From: Coprothermobacterota bacterium
GTDB lineage: Bacteria > Coprothermobacterota > HKB111
Assembly (NCBI GenBank): GCA_037440465.1
Contig: JBBIUB010000006.1
Location: 251-64,250, forward strand
Reading direction: 5' to 3'
DNA length: 64,000 nucleotides
A program made the position numbers and the translations under genes. This document shows, piece by piece, positions 56,861 to 64,000 of the stretch (positions are counted from its first letter, which is position 1; the number at the start of each line of letters is the position of its first letter). The notes below the pieces were generated by a model. It did no database searches. It worked only from the letters and a program-made list of their open reading frames with translations, and was not told the origin of the DNA.

Positions 56861-57764
56861 CTGTACCCTCCTTGCGGTAATACTCAAAGAAAATCTCTTC
56901 CAGGCTGGCATGGGAGAAATTGAGGTCTTCTACTATGAACCCTGACAGTTTCTTGAGAAGTTGGTTTACATCTCCCTTAACAGAAAGCCTGAAATGACGG
57001 TTATAGTGTTCCAATATTTTAATACCTGACAGGTCAAAGATCTGTGGTGAGACATCTTCTTTAAAACTGACTTCCATAAAACGCACCTTTTTTTGACCGA
57101 TCTCTTCAACATTTTCAATAGCTACCAACCTACCATTCTGTACCACACCTACCCTTTGACAGGCTTTTTCTACCTCAGACATTATATGAGAGGAAAGAAA
57201 GATAGTTTTGCCCCTCTCACGAAACTCTTTTATAACCTGATAAAACTCTCTCTGCATGAAGGGGTCCAGGCCAAGAGTGGGTTCGTCAAGGATTAAAAGA
57301 GGAGAATCGTGCATAAGAGCCAAAACAATGGCTAATTTCTGTCTGTTTCCTCTGGAATATTCTCTCACTCTCTTAGAAAGGTCCAGGTTAAATCTTTCCA
57401 CCAATTCATTTTTCAATACAGGCTTAAGTTCTGGTTTGAAGGCAGCAAAATAGTCCAGAAGTTCTCCACCCTTCATATTGGGGTAGAGATGAACATCACC
57501 AGCAATGTATCCTATGAATTTTCTAATCTCAATTGAATCTTCTACTATGTCTTTACCAAGGACTTTCCCACTTCCCCGGGTAGGGAAAAGGAGACCAATA
57601 AAAAGTCTGATAGAAGTTGTTTTCCCTGCACCATTCGGACCAAGAAACCCGAAGACTTCCCCTTCTTCAATCTCAAGAGTCAGGTCTTCAATACCGCGCA
57701 CCTTACCGTAGTATTTTGTTAAGCCTTCGGTCTTGATGGCAAAGTTATTAGCCTTTTCAACCAT
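56841..57764 (-). CDS. ABC transporter ATP-binding protein
   Basis: Walker A GPNGAGKTT, signature YSRGNRQK, Walker B LLILDEP. Confidence 0.8.
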   Translation of the reverse strand: MVEKANNFAIKTEGLTKYYGKVRGIEDLTLEIEEGEVFGFLGPNGAGKTTSIRLFIGLLFPTRGSGKVLGKDIVEDSIEIRKFIGYIAGDVHLYPNMKGGELLDYFAAFKPELKPVLKNELVERFNLDLSKRVREYSRGNRQKLAIVLALMHDSPLLILDEPTLGLDPFMQREFYQVIKEFRERGKTIFLSSHIMSEVEKACQRVGVVQNGRLVAIENVEEIGQKKVRFMEVSFKEDVSPQIFDLSGIKILEHYNRHFRLSVKGDVNQLLKKLSGFIVEDLNFSHASLEEIFFEYYRKEGTDESKSL

Positions 57765-57806
57765 AAATACCTCCGTTCTTTACTTTTTCACGCAACAAGC
57801 CCCTCC

Positions 57807-58089
57807 CTAAATCCCTCTTCTTCTTTCTCTACCACCTCTGTTTTCAGTACGAGGGCGAGCTTCATTTACATTGAGTTCTCGTCCCTTCAACACCTTGCCA
57901 TTTAGACCAGTGATTGCGGATTGGGCTTCGGTCTTTTCAGGCATCTCTACAAAACCGAATCCTCTCGATTCACCACTAAACTTATCCTTGATGATAGCAA
58001 CAGATTTCACCTTACCAAATGCTTCAAATTCTTGACGCAAATCATCGTCGGTTAAATCGCGTGATAAATTTCCCACAAAAATATTCATT
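57807..58089 (-). CDS. RRM-domain RNA-binding protein
   Basis: MNIFVGNLS (RNP2) and RGFGFVEM (RNP1); RGG tail; start set at ATG with RBS GGAGGT. Confidence 0.75.
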
Positions 58090-58174
58090 TTGACCTCCAT
58101 TATCTTTATTGCATACATTTTAACCAGAATTTAACTTATTGTGCTTATTTCGTAGAAAATTCAAATTTTACTTA

Positions 58175-58376
58175 TTAGTATTTTGTTGTAACCAATCGTT
58201 GTTCAAGTTTTTCGCATACATAATCATCACATTGAGAACAATTATCTAAGCCCTTTTCAATAACACACGGTCTCACTGGACAATTATTATCTATCAACTT
58301 GGCGTTATTTGTCATGCATCCATCACAGTAAATGTCTATCACATCTATAACCACATCTTGAAAGAATTGGTTCCAT
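58175..58376 (-). pseudogene. possible frameshifted DUF3795-like small Cys-rich protein
   Basis: Frame A encodes MEPILSRCGYRCDRHLL* and the +1 frame continues ...IYCDGCMTNNAKLIDNNCPVRPCVIEKGLDNCSQCDDYVCEKL...; together they reconstitute a DUF3795-type Cys pattern; RBS GGAGG before the ATG. Confidence 0.3.
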
Positions 58377-58402
58377 TTTACCTCCGCTTTTAATTAGTCG
58401 CT

Positions 58403-60427
58403 TTATTGCTTTTCGATATATCTTACCAGATCCAGATTTTTGAGAGAAGAAAAGTATTCCACCAGAAGTTTCAAGTCTTTTTTCCCGCACTCCAGTTCTA
58501 CCAAGCGAGATATTTCTATGATGCTTCTCTTGCCATCTGCCCAGTATAGAGCTAACTCAGGGAGATGTCTAAAAGTTTCTTTATGTTCCTTGCTAAGACG
58601 ATGCCATTTTTCTTTTTCTTCAGGTGTCAAACGGTGTTGGTGGTACCAGGTGATGAATACCGGCCCAGGAAAGATTCTCTGAGGTACTATCTTTGAAGCT
58701 TGTTCAGCTAATTCACATATTTTCTTCTCTTCTTCTTTATCTTTTCTGATAATATGTTCTACTTTCTTAAGTTCGTCTTCTACAAAAGTCTTTATCTCTT
58801 CTTTGAGGTTTTCTGTATCAAAGTTCGGGTATAATTTTTTTAAAGAATCCAGAGCTATGGATTCCCTATCAAGAAGGAAACTCAACCGTTCTCTAAAGCA
58901 GATTTCCCCACTTTTCTTATTACATTTTGTAGTAATTTCATTTACCGATTTTTCTTCACACTCAGCCATTTTTTCACTAACCTCTTTCTGGATTAGAGAG
59001 AGAGTCCTCTTTTTAAAGGAAGTTACCATCTCTCTTCCCAACCAGAAGGCTTCTTTTTCTTCAGCATTTGAAATAAAGTAAGCATAAGTAGCACTTAACA
59101 CTCCTGAAGCAAAAAGCATGTTAGGGTCAACTTTATCAGGTGTATCCAGCGAGGTGTGATAGAAGAGATCAGGCCATTGGCCTAACATAAGGCAAGGAAT
59201 ACCTACGGTAGGGTCAGTTAGTATGAAGTGGTCGCTTCCACCGCTGTAGGGAGTGGAGGCTATCTTAAAAAGTGGTATGACCTCACCCTTAACGGCATCT
59301 AAACTTTCATCTTCCCGGGAAACAACATCACCTATCCTGGACATTAGAGTATTTATAAAAGAAGGGGTAGCCATTGGGGTGTTTGTGAGTCGGAGGATGC
59401 TGTGAGTTTCTTCCTGTTTTTCTCCCACCATATCCAGGTTCACACCAGCAATAGTTCTCTCTTTTTCTTCAGGATGGGTGGCTAAGTAGGCATAAGTTCC
59501 TGACATTTCTGGTACCCATAGAAAGCGGATTCCCCTTCTAAGAGGTGGTAACTTACCATTTGAAAGTAGGGTCTTGAGGGTACAGGCTATCTCCATAATA
59601 ACCCCGCTACCCGAAGCGTTATCGTTGGCTGAAGGCTGTGGATGGCAGAGATGTGCTGTAATGATAACTTCTTCTTTACTTTCTCCAGGGAAGAAGGCCT
59701 CTACCACTTCAAAGTTTCCAGGATATGTCCTTGAATCCACTTTAACTTTAACCTTAACAGGTGGTTTATTTTCAGTCTTTGTTTTCTTAATAAGGTCTCT
59801 TAGATAAATACCCTGTTGAGGAGATAGCACAAAACCAAAGGCTTTTTTACTATCCAGGCTCCACCAGAAGGCAGCGTACTCCACTCCTTTAGGAAGTTCC
59901 ATTTTACCTCTTACAGGAGGTGTTTCTCTCATACCGTCGTAAATGATACCCACTGCACCGTATCTTTCTACCGCTAAATCACATACCCTGTGAATATTGC
60001 CCCTGGTAAGAACTGCTTTTCCAGTCAAGTCCAGCCCTTCGTACTCTTTTTCCTCTTCTCCATCTTCTAATAGAAACACTTCTACTTCACCATCAAAAGA
60101 AGCACTTCTCTGGATTATGGAAGTCGGAGTTCCTTTAAAATCAGCAAGCTTTTTCTTTTCAGGTTCAACTAAGTGAAGAATAGCATCCTTTATTTCCCAC
60201 TCTTCAAACATCAAGGCTCCCCAGTACCAGGTCTTACCATCAGCCTTAAATTGAAGAATATTATTTTCTATACCCCACTCCTCAAGACGCTTCTTTACAT
60301 AGTGGGCAGCTTCTCTAAAACCTGGACTGGCTTGTATGCGGTGGAAGCGGGATATGTCAGTGGTATATTCTTTAGCTCTTTCTCCAGAGAATTCTTCTTT
60401 TATTACATCTAGGGTCTTCTTAAACAT
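58403..60427 (-). CDS. M28-family metallopeptidase-like protein with long C-terminal helical extension
   Basis: HLCHPQPSANDNASGSGVIME matches the M28 His/Asp zinc-ligand block; 674 aa. Confidence 0.55.
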   Translation of the reverse strand: MFKKTLDVIKEEFSGERAKEYTTDISRFHRIQASPGFREAAHYVKKRLEEWGIENNILQFKADGKTWYWGALMFEEWEIKDAILHLVEPEKKKLADFKGTPTSIIQRSASFDGEVEVFLLEDGEEEKEYEGLDLTGKAVLTRGNIHRVCDLAVERYGAVGIIYDGMRETPPVRGKMELPKGVEYAAFWWSLDSKKAFGFVLSPQQGIYLRDLIKKTKTENKPPVKVKVKVDSRTYPGNFEVVEAFFPGESKEEVIITAHLCHPQPSANDNASGSGVIMEIACTLKTLLSNGKLPPLRRGIRFLWVPEMSGTYAYLATHPEEKERTIAGVNLDMVGEKQEETHSILRLTNTPMATPSFINTLMSRIGDVVSREDESLDAVKGEVIPLFKIASTPYSGGSDHFILTDPTVGIPCLMLGQWPDLFYHTSLDTPDKVDPNMLFASGVLSATYAYFISNAEEKEAFWLGREMVTSFKKRTLSLIQKEVSEKMAECEEKSVNEITTKCNKKSGEICFRERLSFLLDRESIALDSLKKLYPNFDTENLKEEIKTFVEDELKKVEHIIRKDKEEEKKICELAEQASKIVPQRIFPGPVFITWYHQHRLTPEEKEKWHRLSKEHKETFRHLPELALYWADGKRSIIEISRLVELECGKKDLKLLVEYFSSLKNLDLVRYIEKQ

Positions 60428-60518
60428 CTTCTACCTCCTTTTTCATTCTATATAATGAAAATATTGTCAACTTTGAATTTCTAACATTTCAAGCAAGGAA
60501 TAAATAGCCACCCTGTGT

Positions 60519-61211
60519 TTAGTCATCAGATTTTTTGAATAAGGGTAAATCCCAGGTTTTATCTTCTTTTTGAGTAAGAGCCTTTTTAGCCTCTTCTAAA
60601 TCGGCAAGAAATAGTTCAAAACTTCTATCGTAACCCTTTCCCTTTTGTCTTAAGACATAAGCCGGATGAAATGTAGGAATGACTTTGATTCCTTTATAGG
60701 AGAACCATTTGCCTCTATCCTGAGTGATGGTGGAAAAGGCTTTACCCAGAAGGGAAGAAGCAGATGGAGAACCCAGAGCAATGATGATTCTGGGAGAGAC
60801 CAGCTCCATCTCTTTTTGAAGGATGGGCGCACAGGCTTTTATCTCTTCAGACTTAGGTGGACGATTGACTTTTTTAGTGCCTACCTTTTCAAAAGCTCTG
60901 CATTTAACCACATTACTTATCCAAACGGATCCTCTATCTATCCCCAACTTGTTTAAAGAGTAGGTGAGAAGCTCCCCGGCTCTACCTACAAAAGGACGCC
61001 CTTCCTTATCTTCCTGTTCTCCAGGCCCTTCACCAACAAACATGAGGTCAGCAGGAAATTGTCCCTCCCCTACTACTGCCTGGAGGCGACTATAGCCCAG
61101 ATTGCACTTCTGACAAGCTTCAGCCTCTTTTCTGAGTTCTTCAATAGTAATGGTGGTATCTCTACTTTCTTTACGAAAATCAAAAAGACCCTTCTGTCGA
61201 AAATCACTCAT
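60519..61211 (-). CDS. uracil-DNA glycosylase, family 4
   Basis: GEGPGEQEDKEGRPFVGRAGELL motif and 4Fe-4S Cys ligands. Confidence 0.8.
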   Translation of the reverse strand: MSDFRQKGLFDFRKESRDTTITIEELRKEAEACQKCNLGYSRLQAVVGEGQFPADLMFVGEGPGEQEDKEGRPFVGRAGELLTYSLNKLGIDRGSVWISNVVKCRAFEKVGTKKVNRPPKSEEIKACAPILQKEMELVSPRIIIALGSPSASSLLGKAFSTITQDRGKWFSYKGIKVIPTFHPAYVLRQKGKGYDRSFELFLADLEEAKKALTQKEDKTWDLPLFKKSDD

Positions 61212-61306
61212 CTGTTCTCATCCTTTCTATTTACTAACTGGAAAATTTTACTACTAACTTAGAATAGAGATGGCTTACTATAAAATATGCTATCTGTCTT
61301 ACTTAC

Positions 61307-62602
61307 CTATCTTATTTTCAATACCTTTCTGTAGCCTTCTATGTCCATGAATCCGTGCCCGGATATATTAAAAGCGATAACCTTATTCTCCCCGGTTTTC
61401 TTGCATTTTAGTGCTTCATCAATGGCTGCTGCGATACTATAAGCCGATTCTGGAGCAGGTAAAAACCCTTCGGTTTGAATGAATATTTTAGCCTTATTAA
61501 ATACCTCTCTTTCGTCTATTGGATAGGCTACGGTGTCTATATAACCTAAATGCCTTAATAGGCTTAGTACTGGAGCAGCCCCGTGGTATCTCAAGCCATC
61601 GCCCTTGATTGGTGGGAATTCACCTTTATGTCCCAGGGTGCACATCTTTAAAAGAGGGGTCATTTCAGAATGGTCAGCAAAATCATACTTATACTCACCC
61701 TGCAGGTTGGGTGCAGACTGACTCTGGGCAGCAATGAATTTTATCTTTCTCCTTCCGGTAACAACCTCACCAAGGAAGGGAAGTGTGAATCCACCAAAAT
61801 TAGAACCACCACCCAGGCAGGAGACCATAACATCTGGATATTCACCAATCTTTTCAAACTGCTTCTGGGTCTCCAATCCGATGATGGTTTGATGCATCAG
61901 GACATGATTCAAAACTGAACCAAGGCAGTAGACAGCCTTAGGGTCATTCATAGCATCTTCCATACCTTCTGATATGGCAATGGCTAAAGAACCAGGATGT
62001 TTTTTGTTCTTGTCATAAAGCTCTTTTCCCACTTTGGTGTGTGGAGAAGGAGAGGCATAGACCTTTGCCCCGTAGAGTTCCATGAAGTTTCTTCTGTCTC
62101 TTTTCCAGGAGTAGACAGCCCTAACCCAATATACTGTGCACCTGAGACCAACAATACTCGCTGCGTAAGATAGAGCTGTGCCCCACTGTCCAGCCCCTGT
62201 TTCTGTAGTTAATCGTTCATAACCTTCCTTTTTGGCATAAAATGCTTGAGCTAATGCTGTATTAACCTTGTGAGAACCAGTGGGTGAGTAGAATTCTCCT
62301 TTATAATAAAGGCGCGCAGGAGTCTCCAGATACCTTTCTAAGTTTATCGCCCTAAAAAGTGGTCTTGGTCTACCAGATTGGGCATAAAGCTCCAACAACT
62401 CCGGAGGAATGCCAATAAATCGCTGGCTGGACATCTCCTGATTGAGACACTCTTTTACCAGTATCCTGGAGAGATTTTCCAGTCTTGATGGTCCTTCTTC
62501 GGGGTCTTTGGGAGGTGGCAAAGGTTCAGGAAGATCGGGAATTATGTTGTACCACCTGGTTGGTATCTCATTAACAGATAGATTAGTCTGTCTTATCGAC
62601 AT
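61307..62602 (-). CDS. trpB: TrpB2-type tryptophan synthase beta-chain-like PLP enzyme
   Basis: 431 aa with the N-terminal extension typical of TrpB2; PLP-lysine region SPTGSHKVN. Confidence 0.8.
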   Translation of the reverse strand: MSIRQTNLSVNEIPTRWYNIIPDLPEPLPPPKDPEEGPSRLENLSRILVKECLNQEMSSQRFIGIPPELLELYAQSGRPRPLFRAINLERYLETPARLYYKGEFYSPTGSHKVNTALAQAFYAKKEGYERLTTETGAGQWGTALSYAASIVGLRCTVYWVRAVYSWKRDRRNFMELYGAKVYASPSPHTKVGKELYDKNKKHPGSLAIAISEGMEDAMNDPKAVYCLGSVLNHVLMHQTIIGLETQKQFEKIGEYPDVMVSCLGGGSNFGGFTLPFLGEVVTGRRKIKFIAAQSQSAPNLQGEYKYDFADHSEMTPLLKMCTLGHKGEFPPIKGDGLRYHGAAPVLSLLRHLGYIDTVAYPIDEREVFNKAKIFIQTEGFLPAPESAYSIAAAIDEALKCKKTGENKVIAFNISGHGFMDIEGYRKVLKIR

Positions 62603-62738
62603 ATTGCCTCCTTTTAAATTTTAGTTTCCGTTAAATTATACACCCCCCTTTATTTTTTAAACTCCTTTTCATAATCCACCATTTTATGACAAAGCCGTTT
62701 AAGGAGGTCATTTATGAGATATAGACAGCATAAAAACT

Positions 62739-63041
62739 ATGGATAAGAAATTTAACGAGGCAAAGGGTTTTTATTTAGTTATTATTATATCTTTAATAAT
62801 TGGCATGCTTATTAATTTTGTTGGAATAAGCCCTGTTAAAGCACTTATATATACTGCTGTCCTGTATGGCATAATTACCCCTCCTCTTATGGTAGTTATT
62901 CTTCATATATGCAACAATAAAAAGGTGATGAGAAAGTTCACTAATAGTATATGGTCAAATATCCTTGGAGGCATAACACTGGTTTTGATGACCTTTGCAG
63001 TAATTTTATTGGTATATCTGCAATTTACAAGACAAAGCTAG
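62739..63041 (+). pseudogene. probable C-terminal remnant of an NRAMP/MntH-type metal transporter (last two TM helices only)
   Basis: ...RKFTNSIWSNILGGITLVLMTFAVILLVYLQ resembles the NRAMP C-terminus (NSRWLNILGW...); no upstream NRAMP body. Confidence 0.35.
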
Positions 63042-63156
63042 GTAAATCCGCTTATAGAATTAGTTGGAACTGTGTTTCATTTAATATATGCAAAAACATG
63101 TTAAAATAATAAAAATATGTGGTTTTCAAAGGCATGAATAGAAAGGAGGCGAGGTA

Positions 63157-63942
63157 ATGACCGTACAGAGTAAGTTATTTTTTATGAAACCCAAATGGTT
63201 TACCCGTAGAGAACGCCTCAGATTTGCCCGTGATTTTCACAGAAGAATCAAAGATATGTTCAGTGAAAACCTGGTGGCAGTGGGGATTTATGGCTCTGTT
63301 GCCAGACACAAAGATCAACCCTACTCTGATTTGGAAATGCTGGCTATCCTTAAAAAGCCCTATCCTCACCATGCTTTTGAGGGTATATATAGAGGTTTGA
63401 AGTATGAGGTAAACTTTTATACCAGAGCTGAGATGAGAAAGGAAATATCAACTATTGATATTGACTGGCCAGTTAAGGTGGGGCAGTATCTTAAAGTACT
63501 ACCAATATATGACCCAAGGAATGTTTTTGATAATATAGCCCGTGAATATGAAAAAATAATAAAAAAAGATTTCAAACCTTACATAGCAGAAGCTTTTTAC
63601 TGCGATGTATTTGAGCTCTTCAGCAAATTCTTTAACGCCAGAGAAAAAAGAGAACACAAGTCTGTTAGATATCTTGCCTTTATGATTTGCGATAGTGTTA
63701 GTAAGCTGCTCGGACTTATCAACAAAAAATGTTTCTACAGCATTACTGACCGCTATCAGGAAACAATTAAGATGAGAAAAAACTTTCCTTCTTTCATAGG
63801 TTTGATGGAGCATGTTGTTTCAGGTAAGATGGAAGATACAGAAGAATTATCTTTTCTGGCAGAACAACTGTATCAGGAAATAATCTTATATCTTGAAGAA
63901 GAAGACATTCCATATATGATTGAAGAGTCAACCCCGTTTTAA
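63157..63942 (+). CDS. kanamycin nucleotidyltransferase (ANT(4')-Ia)-like aminoglycoside/small-molecule nucleotidyltransferase
   Basis: GIYGSVARHKDQPYSDLEMLAIL matches KNTase GVYGSLGRQTDGPYSDIEMMCVM; VNFY...DWP...GQY...LPIYD and C-terminal ...TPF also align with KNTase. Confidence 0.8.
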   Translation: MTVQSKLFFMKPKWFTRRERLRFARDFHRRIKDMFSENLVAVGIYGSVARHKDQPYSDLEMLAILKKPYPHHAFEGIYRGLKYEVNFYTRAEMRKEISTIDIDWPVKVGQYLKVLPIYDPRNVFDNIAREYEKIIKKDFKPYIAEAFYCDVFELFSKFFNAREKREHKSVRYLAFMICDSVSKLLGLINKKCFYSITDRYQETIKMRKNFPSFIGLMEHVVSGKMEDTEELSFLAEQLYQEIILYLEEEDIPYMIEESTPF

Positions 63943-64000
63943 AAAGCATTCAGGATTATGTACCTTTGAGGAGAAAGGTTTCTCTTCAAAGATTATAATT

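Overview
Best single candidate for an undescribed system: the minus-strand module 11496-16097 (tungsten aldehyde:ferredoxin oxidoreductase, two tandem MoaD/ThiS-like proteins, a radical SAM/SPASM enzyme, an M23 peptidase), likely tungsten-cofactor maturation. The window is AT-rich bacterial chromosome with about 60 protein genes and one tRNA, and the gene content suggests an anaerobic peptide- and glycerol-fermenting organism. No transposase, integrase or CRISPR array was seen. Main blocks, in order: (1) amino-acid catabolism genes (M20 amidohydrolase, ornithine aminotransferase, PflX-like radical SAM, RtcA, DHOD-family protein, racemase-like PLP enzyme). (2) a small islet next to tRNA-Glu(CUC) holding a sulfite-oxidase-like Mo-oxidoreductase flanked by ~29-bp direct repeats, with a GC-rich structured leader, then PlsY and a HepT toxin pseudogene with an in-frame TAG. 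(3) the AOR module named above. (4) CsoR plus a P1B-ATPase with a recognisable CsoR operator and tandem 21-bp palindromic repeats upstream. (5) MscL with a zinc-ribbon tail, several peptidases (M20, M42, M23, M28) and GNATs. (6) an ECF sigma immediately followed by a giant (~2100-2176 aa) thioester-containing alpha-2-macroglobulin and PBP1C. (7) a complete glycerol/dihydroxyacetone island (glpF, dhaK, dhaL, glpK, GlpA-like/oxidoreductase/DUF1667 trio, DhaM-HPr-full-EI fusion, PfpI) behind a consensus sigma70 promoter. (8) an envelope-stress unit (PspC, LiaF-like, ZAS anti-sigma, ECF sigma) with tandem 8-bp repeats in the divergent promoter shared with thiC, which lacks a TPP riboswitch. (9) at the end, a transporter, ABC pair, RRM protein, family-4 UDG, TrpB2, an NRAMP C-terminal remnant and a kanamycin-nucleotidyltransferase (ANT(4'))-like gene. 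A dispersed family of C-run/G-run hairpins marks many intergenic regions. All calls rest on reading the six-frame translations and on remembered family motifs; no database search was run.
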